A stretch of DNA of 64,000 nucleotides from Alkalispirochaeta sp. (GCA_965242725.1 CBDESZ010000026.1:1-64000), one strand, 5' to 3'. Positions 11,270-22,204 are shown, counted from the first letter of the stretch. Notes: generated from the letters alone by a model not told the origin. Numbers and translations: made by a program.

Positions 11270-12693
11270 AACCCCTCGGCTTTTCCGTAGAGTGAAAGGG
11301 GACGGGCGTCGGTGACGGTAATGGTGACAAATTCACCTGGGCGGGGTGGCGTCCGGCCGGAAGGCAGTTCAATACGGACGGGTATGCGCCCCTCGGTCCG
11401 TCCCGACGGAAATCCCTGCCGGTCGATACCTTCGACGAGCACGGGAATGCGTTTCCCGATCATGCGTTGATTGCGTTTGCCTGCGGTCCGTTGCAAAATA
11501 TCTGTCAGTACATGGAGGCGGTGTTTTTTCTCGTCCTGGTCGACGTCATCGGCCCAGCGGGAACTTGCAGCTCCCGGCCGGGGAGAGTACATCGCAATAT
11601 AGGCCATGTCGTATTCAAACTCCTCCATGGCGTCGGCGGTCCGCCGAAACTGTTGGTCCGTCTCACCGCTGAAACCGACGATGATATCGGTGAAGAGCGT
11701 CGCCTCAGGCAGGATGCGACGGACACTCCGGACAACCTCACGATACCCCGAGACGCGATAGTTCCTGTTCATGCGAATCAGAATCTTGTCGTCCCCGCTC
11801 TGAATGGGGAGATGAATCTGATTCGCCAGGGTGGGATGGGCCGCCACCGCCTCCAGTACGTCATCACCCATGTCACGGGGATGAGGTGAAGTGAAATAAA
11901 TCCACACGGGATGGTTTCTCGTCAGATCACCGATTTGATGGAGGAGGGATGCAAAAGACATCTCTCCACTCCGTCTGTCCAGTCCGTAGCTGTTGACGTT
12001 CTGACCGAGAAGGGTGATCGAACGGTACCCCTTCTCAATCAGGGTGGACACCTCTTCCAGGATCTCTCCCGACGGACGGGAAATCTCCCGTCCCCTGGTG
12101 TACGGGACGGCACAGAATGTGCAGAACTTGTCGCACCCGTTCTGTATGGGAACGTATGCCTCGAATGAAGAGGTGTACGTCGGTTCAACGTGCCAGAAAC
12201 CGTCGCGAATATCCGGTCCCGACTCCTCCGGCTTGGTGGGGATGATCATGCGACGCGTTCCCGGCGGATCCACCCTCATCCTCTTCGCGGTTCCCCCTTT
12301 CGATACGACCGTTCCCTGATGGAGCCCGGCGCTTGTCACGCCGACGGGCGTCATGACGCCGTACTGACGGATCATTTCCGGTAAATTGGGGAGTTCATTG
12401 ATTGTGAATACGAGATCGAAACGTCGGAGAAATTTTTCTCTGTCCGCAGGCAGGACACAACCGGAAACAAAGGTGAGGAGATTGCGGGCGCTTTTCCACT
12501 CATTCCATTTGTGGATCTTGCTGTATACCTTGTCGATCGCTTTCTGCCGCACCGAGCAGGCGACGATTCCGAGAATATCGGCGTCTTCTTCGTTGTCCGT
12601 CCCTTCATAGCCCATCTCTTCAAGGACCGTGACGATCCGTTCCGAGTCGGAGACGTTCATTTGACAACCGAAGGGGATAAGATGATAGCGCAT
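11266..12693 (-). CDS. miaB: tRNA i6A37 methylthiotransferase MiaB (radical SAM)
   Basis: FGCQMNVSDSE, CSVRQKA, GCDKFCTFCAVPYTRG, LLGQNVNSY, FTSPHP. Confidence 0.92.
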   Translation of the reverse strand: MRYHLIPFGCQMNVSDSERIVTVLEEMGYEGTDNEEDADILGIVACSVRQKAIDKVYSKIHKWNEWKSARNLLTFVSGCVLPADREKFLRRFDLVFTINELPNLPEMIRQYGVMTPVGVTSAGLHQGTVVSKGGTAKRMRVDPPGTRRMIIPTKPEESGPDIRDGFWHVEPTYTSSFEAYVPIQNGCDKFCTFCAVPYTRGREISRPSGEILEEVSTLIEKGYRSITLLGQNVNSYGLDRRSGEMSFASLLHQIGDLTRNHPVWIYFTSPHPRDMGDDVLEAVAAHPTLANQIHLPIQSGDDKILIRMNRNYRVSGYREVVRSVRRILPEATLFTDIIVGFSGETDQQFRRTADAMEEFEYDMAYIAMYSPRPGAASSRWADDVDQDEKKHRLHVLTDILQRTAGKRNQRMIGKRIPVLVEGIDRQGFPSGRTEGRIPVRIELPSGRTPPRPGEFVTITVTDARPLSLYGKAEGL

Positions 12694-13349
12694 TAAAAAT
12701 AAACCTCTGCAAATATGTGCGAGTGAGAAACTCCGCTGTCCTGGAGAATATCAAAGACTTCGTAGATCATATCGCAATTGCCGCACAGGTAATAGCGTCC
12801 GTCCCTGTCGATCTCTCGGGAACGGAGGTAGTCCGTTACCCGACCGGCAAAATCTCCTCCATCCTCCCGGGAAACGCATCGGGTAACTCTCTTTTCCTCA
12901 TAGGAATCCAGTTCAAAACGCTCGTCGGCAAACCGCGTCCCGTGGATGAGGGTATAGTCAATCCCGGGATATGCCGCCGTGATGAGGTGGAACGGAGATA
13001 TTCCCGTTCCAGTGGCGATAAAGTAATACCTGAACTCCCGCCAGTCGTCATCAACGGTAAAAAACCCGAAAGGCCCGTCAAGATTCACCGGATCTCCCGG
13101 TTTCAGTTCAGACAGCGCCCGACTCACGACGCCGCCTTCCACAACCTTCACGAGGATTTCGAGATAATCATCTCCTGCGGCATATATCGAATACTCCCGC
13201 ATGTCGATGGAACCCGAAGGACCGACGGCAATGTACTGACCGGGATCGAAACTCATACCGTTGTGACTGATACGCAGCACGAAGACGCTGTTGGTGAGCC
13301 ACCTGAGGTGCTGAACCGTTGTGGCGGCGGATAAAGATACGGTGCTCAT
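12693..13349 (-). CDS. Ferredoxin/flavodoxin-NADP+ reductase family FAD oxidoreductase
   Basis: REYSI, G.VS, ATGTGISPF, YLCG and terminal aromatic EVYF. Confidence 0.88.
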   Translation of the reverse strand: MSTVSLSAATTVQHLRWLTNSVFVLRISHNGMSFDPGQYIAVGPSGSIDMREYSIYAAGDDYLEILVKVVEGGVVSRALSELKPGDPVNLDGPFGFFTVDDDWREFRYYFIATGTGISPFHLITAAYPGIDYTLIHGTRFADERFELDSYEEKRVTRCVSREDGGDFAGRVTDYLRSREIDRDGRYYLCGNCDMIYEVFDILQDSGVSHSHIFAEVYF

Positions 13350-13422
13350 ACGTTGGCAAAAGATGATACTATAAGTCAGAAAAAGATTAAAGATGACGAT
13401 GTCCCATATCGCGAACGAAACG

Positions 13423-13452
13423 GTTGACCCGTTTAGTGGGTCGACGTACTAT
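13423..13452 (+). promoter_or_regulatory. Putative sigma70 promoter with an overlapping operator-like inverted repeat
   Basis: TTGACC-N17-TACTAT; GTTGACCC-N7-GGGTCGAC dyad covers the -35. Confidence 0.45.
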
Positions 13453-13465
13453 AAAGTCACACCCT

Positions 13466-14781
13466 ATGGGCATTGGAAAATCACGATTCCATCAACTATC
13501 TCTCGTGTTTTCCGTCGTGATGGGGCTGTTTGCGTTGCACGCCGCGATTCCCAGATTGTCTTGCAGAAGGAGTTGATTCTCGGTCGGGTCATCAATTTCG
13601 GCATATACGCCGTCGCCTCCGTAGTTTTCGGCGCACTCTATTTTTTCAGGGAGACAAAAGCGACCCGGTCTTTTCAGGTCGCATCATTGGTACTGTTCGG
13701 TGTATTGATAACCGCGCTCGTCACACCCGGGGAAATAGGCGGCGATTTAATGTTCGTCATCGCCTATTTTCTCGCCTATAAGTACGGACAGCTCGCGGAT
13801 CATCCCTTTTGGAAGACGGCGCTCTTTATCGGAATTCTCCTCGGGACGCGGATCTTTATCGTGATATATGACGATACTATCGCCCTTCAGAAAACCGTCG
13901 GTCAGGCGATCTTTTCGATCGCGTCCATACCGATTCTGTACTGGATCTTTGAGGACGAATCAAAGCGTGTGGCTGCACAGAAACGGGAACTTGAACGGCG
14001 TGTGAAAAAGGACCTTCCCTTTGTCGAGTTCGGCAAGAATATCGGGGGGATCGTCCATGATCTGAAAAACGATCTGGGCCTCTTTTCGATGTTCGGTCAG
14101 TTGCTGATGATGAATAAAGGAGAGACCATTTCCGATCGGCAGCTGGAAGAGTATCAGAGATATGTGCACCGCTTCTCCGATCGTATTGAACGGATACTCC
14201 TGGTCACCCGTATTCGTCACGACGAAAAATTCCGCAAGACCGAGATAGTGTCGCTCCTTCGATCGGTCCTGTACGTCTTTCAGACCAACCTTGATTTCCG
14301 CCGGGTTGTCCATTTCACCTTCCAGCACTCTCATGAGCAGATATACGTTGAAACAATTCCGGTTGAAGTTGTGTCTATTATGGAAAACGTCGTACGCAAC
14401 AGCTGTGAAGCCCTCGTCGACCACTACGGTGATGACCCCCAGGCGATCAGTCGTGCCACGCTGCTGCTGCAGTGCACCGTTTCCGAGCATTCCGTAACCG
14501 TCACCGTCAAGGACAACGGACCGGGCATTCCCTCATGTGCCAATTGTCGTTCCGGGAACTGTCTCGAATGCAGCGAATTTGAACTGGGCACGACCACGAA
14601 AGAGACGGGAAACGGAATCGGCCTTATTACCGTCAAATCGGCGGCGCGACGGATCGGCGTGTCGGTGTGTATGAAGAGTGAAGAAGGCCGGGGAGTAACG
14701 ACGGAAATCGCGTTTCCTCTCAGTGAGGCGTTGACGGCTGAATTCCCTCAACAATATACTCGTAACAACCAAAACAACTGA
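13466..14781 (+). CDS. Membrane-bound sensor histidine kinase with a Cys-rich insert in the ATPase domain; probable true start 13466 with a 1-nt deletion near 13550
   Basis: H-box VHDLKN, N-box ENVVRNSCEA, G1 DNGPG, G2 GNGIG; several TM helices; ORF track gives 13393-14781. Confidence 0.85.
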
Positions 14782-14810
14782 TCACATGTCCGGACTATGG
14801 GGGGGAGAAT

Positions 14811-15314
14811 ATGATCGCCGTTATCTACGGATCGTCTACGTTGAACACTGAATACTGCGCCCAGCGAATCCAGGCGGCGTTCGGCGATGGTGTCGCGGAC
14901 CTGCACAATGTGAAACATCTCGAGGTTGATCTGTTGCGGAGACGGGAATATCTCGTCTTTGTCAGCTCGACGTGGGGGACAGGGGACCTGCAGGATGACT
15001 GGGAACTCTTCTTTCCCCATCTGGACGACATCGATTTCAGGGGTAAGACCGTCGGTCTGGTGGGAGTGGGAGACCAGGAGAATTACCCTGAGACCTTTTG
15101 CGACGGCATCTCCCTGTTCTATGACAAAGTGCTGGAGAAGGGCGGCAGAATCGTCGGCTCAACCTCCACGAACGGGTATACCTTCACCCGCTCCCGGGCG
15201 ACAAAAGACGGCCGGTTTGTCGGCCTCGTCCTCGACGAGGACAGTCAGGCGGATCTGTCGGAAGATCGGATCGCCGAATGGGTGAGGGAATTCCGGCGTC
15301 AGATCGCCGGGTAA
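14811..15314 (+). CDS. fldA: Long-chain flavodoxin
   Basis: YGSSTLNT, STWGTGDLQDDW, GVGDQENY..FCD, FVGLVLDEDSQ. Confidence 0.92.
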   Translation: MIAVIYGSSTLNTEYCAQRIQAAFGDGVADLHNVKHLEVDLLRRREYLVFVSSTWGTGDLQDDWELFFPHLDDIDFRGKTVGLVGVGDQENYPETFCDGISLFYDKVLEKGGRIVGSTSTNGYTFTRSRATKDGRFVGLVLDEDSQADLSEDRIAEWVREFRRQIAG

Positions 15315-15338
15315 TCGCGACCGTCGGGGGGTGCAGGC

Positions 15339-15367
15339 TTGACAAATTCCCCCCGCTTTGTTACGTT
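15339..15367 (+). promoter_or_regulatory. sigma70 promoter for tRNA-Thr/tRNA-Trp/secE
   Basis: TTGACA-N17-TACGTT with upstream TG. Confidence 0.65.
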
Positions 15368-15384
15368 CCATGAGCCTAAATCAC

Positions 15385-15457
15385 GCCCTTGTAGCTCAGT
15401 CGGTAGAGCACATCCATGGTAAGGATGGGGTCATCGGTTCAAGTCCGATCGAGGGCT
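15385..15457 (+). tRNA. tRNA-Thr(GGT)
   Basis: Acceptor GCCCTTG/CGAGGGC, D-arm GCTC..GAGC, anticodon stem CATCC-ATGGTAA-GGATG, T-loop TTCAAGT; CCA not encoded. Confidence 0.96.
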
Positions 15458-15481
15458 TTGCGCAACAGGTCGTTCGCGTAT

Positions 15482-15555
15482 AGGCCAGTAGCTCCAATTG
15501 GTAGAGCGCCGGTCTCCAAAACCGGATGTTGTAGGTTCGAGTCCTGCCTGGCCTG
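15482..15555 (+). tRNA. tRNA-Trp(CCA)
   Basis: Acceptor AGGCCAG/CTGGCCT, anticodon stem CCGGT-CTCCAAA-ACCGG, T-loop TTCGAGT; usual position upstream of secE. Confidence 0.96.
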
Positions 15556-15600
15556 TTAGTGTGAAGGTATTACGCGGCATGTTGACACGTTGAGGAGCAA

Positions 15601-15783
15601 TTGGTGAAGAAAATCATAGGGTTTTTTCAGAATAGTTACGGAGAGCTGAAAAAAGTCACGTGGCCGTCACGGGAAGAGGTGGGTGCGTCCACACGGGTCG
15701 TCCTCGTGTCCGTTCTTATTTTTGCAGCCGTTCTCGGTGTACTGGACTATATCTTTCTGACCGGAATAGATCTCCTCTTCTAG
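15601..15783 (+). CDS. secE: Preprotein translocase subunit SecE
   Basis: ELKKVTWPS plus one TM helix; between tRNA-Trp and nusG. Confidence 0.93.
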   Translation: MVKKIIGFFQNSYGELKKVTWPSREEVGASTRVVLVSVLIFAAVLGVLDYIFLTGIDLLF

Positions 15784-15807
15784 TCGCGTCAATCGGGAAT
15801 TGGAATT

Positions 15808-16362
15808 ATGGCAAAAAATTGGTACGTCCTGCACACCTACTCGGGATATGAAAATAAAATCGAACGCACGATCCGCATGCTCATGGAAGAGGGCAAGCTG
15901 GGTGAAGCTGTGTCCGATATCAAAGTCCCGTCGGAACAGGTGGTTGAAGTAAAAGAAGGTAAAAAGCGGGTCACCAATAAGAAATTCCTGCCCGGATATG
16001 TTCTTATGGAAATGGACCTCCCCGACATCGGGTGGAAGAATGTCCTTTCCGAAATTCGGCGTATTAACGGCGTTACCGGGTTTGTCGGTTCCTCGCCCGG
16101 TTCCAAGCCCCATCCCATTACACAGGAAGAGGCGCGGACCATTCTTCAGAAGACCGGCGAAATCAAGGGCGACCGGACGATCAAGCCGAAAGAAGATTTT
16201 ATCGTCGGTGAAACGGTCAGGATCATTGATGGTCCCTTTAACACCTTCACCGGAACCGTTGAGCATGTGAATAACGAGAAAGCCAAGCTTCGGGTCATGG
16301 TCGGCATATTCGGTCGGTCCACTCCCGTTGAACTTGATTTTCTTCAAGTCGAAAAATTATAG
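15808..16362 (+). CDS. nusG: Transcription termination/antitermination factor NusG
   Basis: WYVLHTYSGYE, FLPGYV, KOW DGPF, IFGRSTPVEL. Confidence 0.97.
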   Translation: MAKNWYVLHTYSGYENKIERTIRMLMEEGKLGEAVSDIKVPSEQVVEVKEGKKRVTNKKFLPGYVLMEMDLPDIGWKNVLSEIRRINGVTGFVGSSPGSKPHPITQEEARTILQKTGEIKGDRTIKPKEDFIVGETVRIIDGPFNTFTGTVEHVNNEKAKLRVMVGIFGRSTPVELDFLQVEKL

Positions 16363-16393
16363 ATTCTGCGTCCGGGCGTCCTGATAAGACGCC

Positions 16394-16428
16394 TGGTGGG
16401 AGTTGCCCGTCGGGCAACGGTGGAACCA
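16394..16428 (+). promoter_or_regulatory. Probable L1-binding autoregulatory leader of rplK-rplA
   Basis: TGGT-GGGAG-TTGCCCG/CGGGCAA...ACCA stem with a GGGAG internal loop just upstream of the rplK RBS. Confidence 0.6.
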
Positions 16429-16441
16429 CAAAGGAGGCCGT

Positions 16442-16873
16442 ATGGCAAAAAAGAAGTTGGTGACGCAGATCAAACTGCAGGTTCCCGCGGGAAAGGCAAC
16501 TCCGGCACCGCCGGTCGGTCCCGCATTGGGTCCCCATGGGGTCAGTGCGCCGCAGTTTGTTCAGCAATTCAACGATGTCACCAAAAACTTTGAACCGGGA
16601 CTGCTCATTCCGGTCGTGATCTCGGTCTATGCCGACCGATCGTTCACTTTTATCACCAAGTCGCCCCCGGCGGCAGTGCTGATCCGGAAAGCGCTGAAGC
16701 TTGACAAGGGCTCTTCCGAGCCCAACAAGACCAAGGTCGGCACCATTACCCGGGCACAGCTGGAAGAGATTGCCAAGACAAAGATGGAAGATCTCAACGC
16801 AAACGATATGGATGCGGCGGTGAAGATTATCGCCGGAACGGCCCGCAGCATGGGCGTGAAGGTGGAGGGTTGA
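16442..16873 (+). CDS. rplK: 50S ribosomal protein L11
   Basis: [19 protein letters not shown]. Confidence 0.97.
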   Translation: MAKKKLVTQIKLQVPAGKATPAPPVGPALGPHGVSAPQFVQQFNDVTKNFEPGLLIPVVISVYADRSFTFITKSPPAAVLIRKALKLDKGSSEPNKTKVGTITRAQLEEIAKTKMEDLNANDMDAAVKIIAGTARSMGVKVEG

Positions 16874-16877
16874 GTCA

Positions 16878-17552
16878 ATGAAACGTGGAAAGAAATATCA
16901 GGAAGCGTTTGGCAAGCTTGATCGTCTTCAGCAGTATCCGGTCGATTCAGCGGTTGAACTGGTGAAGGAGATCTCCTTTGCAAAGTTCGATGAGACGATC
17001 GAGCTTTCGATGAATCTCAACCTGAAGAAATCGCAGACCGTTCGGGATACCGTCGTGTTGCCCCATCAGTTTACCGGCGACAAGAGAATTGTCGTTTTTG
17101 CAAAAGGGGACAAGGCGGAAGAGGCTCGCAAGGCCGGCGCGATGTACGTCGGTGATGACGATTTGATTGAAAAGATTCGCGGTGGCTGGCTTGACTTTGA
17201 CGTAGCCGTTGCAACGCCGGACATGATGAAGGATGTCGGACGGTTGGGTCCGATTCTCGGACGCCGTGGCTTGATGCCGAACCCCAAGACACAGACGGTG
17301 ACCATGGATCTGACGGCCGCGATTGCGGAACTTCAGAAGGGCAGGGTCGAGTTTCGTTCCGATAAGACGGGAGTCGTCCACCTTGCCGTCGGGAAGGTTT
17401 CCATGGATGCGGCAAAGGTCGCGGAAAATATTCGTCTCGTCATGAGCGAGGTCCGGAAACGACGCCCCCCGGAGACGAAGGGCGAGTTTGTGAAGACCGT
17501 AGCTGTTTCATCGACGATGGGCCCCGGTATCCGTGTGGCTGTAGGAGAGTAA
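16878..17552 (+). CDS. rplA: 50S ribosomal protein L1
   Basis: AKFDET, GLMPNPK, SSTMGPG. Confidence 0.97.
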   Translation: MKRGKKYQEAFGKLDRLQQYPVDSAVELVKEISFAKFDETIELSMNLNLKKSQTVRDTVVLPHQFTGDKRIVVFAKGDKAEEARKAGAMYVGDDDLIEKIRGGWLDFDVAVATPDMMKDVGRLGPILGRRGLMPNPKTQTVTMDLTAAIAELQKGRVEFRSDKTGVVHLAVGKVSMDAAKVAENIRLVMSEVRKRRPPETKGEFVKTVAVSSTMGPGIRVAVGE

Positions 17553-17555
17553 GAG

Positions 17556-18092
17556 ATGGCCGATTATCAGACGAGAGTGAACGATCGCAAGATTGCTGCG
17601 GTAAACGAACTGAAAGAGATGTTCTCCGAGGCAAACGACTATATCTTTGCCGACTATCGCGGGTTGACGGTGGACCAGATTACCCGGCTTCGGACGCAGC
17701 TGCGCAGCAGCGGAGCCGAGTTCCGGGTCGTAAAGAACAACTACGCCAGGATCGCCTTTCAGCAGATGGAAAAGCCCGATGTATCGGACTATCTGGTAGG
17801 TCCTACGGCTATCGCCATCACCAAAGCGGATTCAGCGCCGATCGTGAAGGTTCTGGTTGACTTTGCGAAGGAAGCGCCGGTAGAGGTCAAGGGTGCCCTC
17901 GTCGGCAAGACCGTTTTTGATGCTAAGCAGGCGGAGGCGTTCAGCAAGCTCCCCAGCCGGGAGGCCCTGATCGCACAGCTGATGAGCGTCATGCAGGCGC
18001 CGGTGCAGAACCTGGTATACGCCATCAACGGCGTGCCCACAAAGATGGTGCGCGTGTTGCAGGCGGTTGCGGACAAGAAAAACGAAGGCTGA
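17556..18092 (+). CDS. rplJ: 50S ribosomal protein L10
   Basis: ADYRGLTV, VVKN, KLPSRE. Confidence 0.96.
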   Translation: MADYQTRVNDRKIAAVNELKEMFSEANDYIFADYRGLTVDQITRLRTQLRSSGAEFRVVKNNYARIAFQQMEKPDVSDYLVGPTAIAITKADSAPIVKVLVDFAKEAPVEVKGALVGKTVFDAKQAEAFSKLPSREALIAQLMSVMQAPVQNLVYAINGVPTKMVRVLQAVADKKNEG

Positions 18093-18197
18093 TCGTTCCG
18101 TTGGATCGACGGCTTTCCGATATGTGGAAATATCCGGCGTTAGTCTTCACCCGTTGTCTGCTATCGCCGGAAAAAACAATTGAAAGGAGAAGGTAAT

Positions 18198-18596
18198 ATG
18201 GCAACGATTACCAAAGAGGATATCCTCGAAGCAGTAGCAGGAATGACCGTTCTTGAAGTAAGTGAACTGGTCAAAATGATGGAAGAGAAATTTGGCGTTA
18301 CCGCCGCTGCACCTGTCGCCGTCGCGGCCGGTGGTGCTGCACCCGCCGGTGGTGAGGGCGAAGCTGCTGAAGAGCAGACCGAGTTCACCGTCGTCCTGAA
18401 AGGGGTGAAAGAGGGTGGTAACAAGATTCAGGTAATCAAGGCGGTACGTACCGTTGTAACGGGCCTGGGTCTGAAAGAGGCAAAAGAGCTTGTTGAGGCC
18501 GGCGGAAAACCGGTACGTGAAGACGTGTCGAAAGAAGAAGCTGCCGAAATCAAGAAGACACTCGAGGAAGCCGGCGCTGAAGTCGAAGTTCAATAA
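18198..18596 (+). CDS. rplL: 50S ribosomal protein L7/L12
   Basis: [12 protein letters not shown] hinge, [12 protein letters not shown]. Confidence 0.97.
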   Translation: MATITKEDILEAVAGMTVLEVSELVKMMEEKFGVTAAAPVAVAAGGAAPAGGEGEAAEEQTEFTVVLKGVKEGGNKIQVIKAVRTVVTGLGLKEAKELVEAGGKPVREDVSKEEAAEIKKTLEEAGAEVEVQ

Positions 18597-18637
18597 CAGT
18601 ACGAAGCTGTTAGTACAGGATTTCTTAAGTCTCAAAC

Positions 18638-18673
18638 GCCACCGGTGTGCACATACACCGGTGGTGCATTTTT
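18638..18673 (+). terminator. Intrinsic terminator/attenuator between rplL and rpoB
   Basis: CACCGGTGT..ACACCGGTG stem followed by a T-run. Confidence 0.75.
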
Positions 18674-18700
18674 GTCTCAAGGCGATATCGGGAGGTGAAC

Positions 18701-21700
18701 ATGTTTGATAGAGAACAGACTATCAACCGTATTGAGGTCGGGACCGCTGGTCCAAAGGTAATGGAACTCCCCAATTTGGTTGATATTCAGCTCTCTTCTT
18801 TTGAGCGGTTTCTGCAGAGGGACCGCTTTCTGAAGGGTGAGCCCCCCCTCTCACAGGGGCTTCAGGAAGTATTTGAGTCGACCTTCCCCATAGAAAGCCC
18901 TTCCGGTGATCTTCGTCTGGAGTTTGACCACTATATACTTGAAGCCGACGGTATCAAGATGGACGAGGCGGAGTGCAAGAGCAAAGGCGCTACCTATGCC
19001 ATTACCATAAAAGCCCGTATAAACCTCATTTTTCTTGAAACCGGTGAGATCCGCCAGAAAGACATCTATATGGGTGATATACCCCTCATGACCGACAGGG
19101 GTACGTTTATCATCAACGGCGCCGAACGCGTTGTGGTAAGCCAGATTCACCGCAGCCCGGGCGTCATCTTTTCCCATGACAAGGGCGTCTACAGCTCCCG
19201 GATCATTCCGTATCGGGGCAGCTGGCTTGAATTTGAAATCGATCAGAAGAGAGACCTTATCTATGCGAAGATCGACCGCAAGAAACGTATTCTGGGAACG
19301 CTCTTTCTTCGCGCCCTCGGGTACGAGACGCGGGAACAGATAATTGACCTTTTCTATCAGACCGAAGAGGTTGATCTTTCAAACGACCGCGACCTGCGGG
19401 AGGAGCTCAACGGCCGGGTTCTCGCCCGCGCGGTCTTTGCCAAGGACGAAGAGGGCAACGAGCGAAAAATCTATCGTGCCGGTGAGAAAATTCACCCCCA
19501 CGATATTGAAGAACTGCTCCACAACGGCGTAACGGCAATTACCCTCATTGACGATCAGCATGAAGATTCTCTCCACACCGACGTCATTCTCAACTGCTTT
19601 GAACGGGAAGAGTCCAAATTTGTAAACGAAGAGTCCGGCAGGGATGAACCGAGCAAGGAAGATGCAATAACCGCGATCTACGCGGTGATTCAGCCTGGCG
19701 AGCCGATTACCATCGACAGTGCGGAGAAGGATTTTCACAGCATGTTCTTCTCGTCCCGTCGCTATGACCTCGGACGTGTCGGTCGGTACAAACTCAACAA
19801 GAAATTCGACTATCCGGAACCTACGGAAGAGTACATACTTACCAAAGACGACATCGTGAATACCATGCGGTATCTCATCAAGGTCTATATCGGCGAGGCA
19901 AATGTCGACGATATCGACCATCTCGGGAATCGCCGGGTACGTTCGGTCGGTGAGTTGCTTTCAAACTCCCTCAAGACCGCCTTCAGCAGAATGGAACGGA
20001 TTGCCAAGGATCGTATGTCCATGAAGGAGACCGAGACGATCAAGCCTCAGGATCTGATCTCCATAAAGCCCATTGTTGCGGCGATCAAGGAGTTTTTCGG
20101 CTCCTCCCAGCTTTCGCAGTTCATGGATCAGGTCAATCCGCTCTCCGAGCTGACCCATAAACGACGACTCAATGCCCTCGGGCCGGGCGGTCTTTCCAGG
20201 GACCGGGCGGGATTTGAAGTTCGGGACGTCCATTACACCCATTACGGACGTATGTGTCCCATCGAGACGCCGGAAGGTCCCAATATCGGTCTCATCGTAT
20301 CGCTCGCAAACTACACGCGGGTCAATGAGTACGGATTCCTGGAGACACCCTATCGTCCGGTGAAAGAAGGAAAGGTGACCAACGAGATTGAGTACCTCTC
20401 CGCGATGGACGAAGAAAAGTTCTTTATTGCCCAGGCAAACGCCCCGCTGACCGACAAGGGAGAGTTTGAGACCGACCAGATTTCGGTGCGCAGGAGCGGC
20501 GACTACACGACGCGGCCGCCGGAACTCATAGACTACATGGACGTCTCGCCGAAGCAGATTATCAGCGTCAGTGCGTCGCTTATTCCGTTCCTGGAACACG
20601 ATGACGCCAACCGGGCGCTGATGGGCTCAAACATGCAGCGTCAGGCGGTGCCTCTCGTCTTCCCTGAGCCTCCCCGGGTCGGTACCGGTATGGAAGCAAA
20701 GACCGCCTACGACTCGGGCGTCCTGGTGAAGGCGCGACGGGGCGGTACGGTCGTCTACGTCTCCAGTACCAAGGTTGTCGTCGATCCCGACGGGAAAAAG
20801 AGTGCCCAGGATCAGGACGTCTATGAGATGATCAAGTATCAGCGTACCAACCAGGATACGTGCTATCTGCAGAAGCCGATCGTCAGCTACGGGCAAAAAC
20901 TCGCCGCCGGCGACGTCATCGCCGATGGTCCTGCGACCTTCAAGGGTGAACTTGCCCTCGGGCGCAACGTTCTGGTCGGCTTTGTTCCCTGGAACGGATA
21001 CAACTACGAGGACGCCATTCTCATTTCCGAGAAGGTGGTAAAAGAGGATATATTCACCTCGGTCCATATCAAAGAGTTTTCAATAGACGTGCGGGAAACC
21101 AAGCTTGGACCGGAAAAGATCACCAACGATATCCCCAACGTCAGCGACAAGGCGCTTGCCAAGCTTGACGGAGAGGGGATCGTGCGCATCGGCGCCAAAG
21201 TTGGTTCCGGAGACATCCTCGTCGGGAAGGTAACGCCAAAGAGTGATACCGAGACGACCCCTGAGTTCAAGCTTCTCAACCAGATCTTCGGTGAAAAAGC
21301 AAAGGAAGTGCGCGACACGTCGCTCAAAATCCCCCACGGTGTGGAGGGAACGGTCATCGACGTGCAGCGATTGAGCCGGGCCGAAGGGGACGACCTCTCG
21401 CCCGGAGTTGAGCAGGTCGTGAAAGTCATGATCGCCACCAAGCGGAAGCTTCGGGAGGGCGACAAGATGGCGGGTCGCCACGGAAACAAGGGCGTTATCG
21501 CCCGGGTGTTGCCGGAAGAGGATATGCCCTACATGGCCGACGGTACGCCCCTCGATGTCTGTCTCAACCCCCTCGGGGTACCAAGCCGGATGAATCTCGG
21601 ACAGATTCTGGAAACCGAGCTTGGCTGGGCCGCCCTCGGCCTTGATGAATGGTACGCCACCCCCGTGTTTGAGTCGGCCACAAACGAGCAGGTTGCCGGG

Positions 21701-22204
21701 AAGCTGGAGGCCGCAGGCCTACCTTCGTCGTCAAAAACGACACTGTACGACGGCCGGACCGGTGAAGCCTTTGAAAACCCCGTCATGGTCGGCGTCATGT
21801 ATATGCTGAAACTGCACCATCTCGTGGACGACAAGATGCATGCCCGGTCGACCGGGCCGTACTCACTGGTAACGCAGCAGCCGTTGGGTGGTAAGGCCCA
21901 GTTCGGCGGTCAGCGTCTCGGTGAAATGGAAGTCTGGGCCCTCGAGGCGTACGGTGCGGCAAACACGCTGCAGGAACTCCTCACCATCAAGAGCGACGAC
22001 ATGAACGGACGGGCCAAGATTTATGAAAGCATCGTCAAGGGACTGCCCTCCAGTTCAGCGGGGGTTCCGGAATCGTTTAACGTTCTCGTGCAGGAACTGC
22101 GCGGTCTCGGGCTGGACATGTCGATATACGATTCCAAAGGGAAGCAGGTTCCTCTCACCGAGCGTGATGAAGAACTGATTAACCGGCAAGGCAGCAACTT
22201 CTAA
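18701..22204 (+). CDS. rpoB: DNA-directed RNA polymerase subunit beta
   Basis: [38 protein letters not shown]. Confidence 0.99.
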   Translation: MFDREQTINRIEVGTAGPKVMELPNLVDIQLSSFERFLQRDRFLKGEPPLSQGLQEVFESTFPIESPSGDLRLEFDHYILEADGIKMDEAECKSKGATYAITIKARINLIFLETGEIRQKDIYMGDIPLMTDRGTFIINGAERVVVSQIHRSPGVIFSHDKGVYSSRIIPYRGSWLEFEIDQKRDLIYAKIDRKKRILGTLFLRALGYETREQIIDLFYQTEEVDLSNDRDLREELNGRVLARAVFAKDEEGNERKIYRAGEKIHPHDIEELLHNGVTAITLIDDQHEDSLHTDVILNCFEREESKFVNEESGRDEPSKEDAITAIYAVIQPGEPITIDSAEKDFHSMFFSSRRYDLGRVGRYKLNKKFDYPEPTEEYILTKDDIVNTMRYLIKVYIGEANVDDIDHLGNRRVRSVGELLSNSLKTAFSRMERIAKDRMSMKETETIKPQDLISIKPIVAAIKEFFGSSQLSQFMDQVNPLSELTHKRRLNALGPGGLSRDRAGFEVRDVHYTHYGRMCPIETPEGPNIGLIVSLANYTRVNEYGFLETPYRPVKEGKVTNEIEYLSAMDEEKFFIAQANAPLTDKGEFETDQISVRRSGDYTTRPPELIDYMDVSPKQIISVSASLIPFLEHDDANRALMGSNMQRQAVPLVFPEPPRVGTGMEAKTAYDSGVLVKARRGGTVVYVSSTKVVVDPDGKKSAQDQDVYEMIKYQRTNQDTCYLQKPIVSYGQKLAAGDVIADGPATFKGELALGRNVLVGFVPWNGYNYEDAILISEKVVKEDIFTSVHIKEFSIDVRETKLGPEKITNDIPNVSDKALAKLDGEGIVRIGAKVGSGDILVGKVTPKSDTETTPEFKLLNQIFGEKAKEVRDTSLKIPHGVEGTVIDVQRLSRAEGDDLSPGVEQVVKVMIATKRKLREGDKMAGRHGNKGVIARVLPEEDMPYMADGTPLDVCLNPLGVPSRMNLGQILETELGWAALGLDEWYATPVFESATNEQVAGKLEAAGLPSSSKTTLYDGRTGEAFENPVMVGVMYMLKLHHLVDDKMHARSTGPYSLVTQQPLGGKAQFGGQRLGEMEVWALEAYGAANTLQELLTIKSDDMNGRAKIYESIVKGLPSSSAGVPESFNVLVQELRGLGLDMSIYDSKGKQVPLTERDEELINRQGSNF

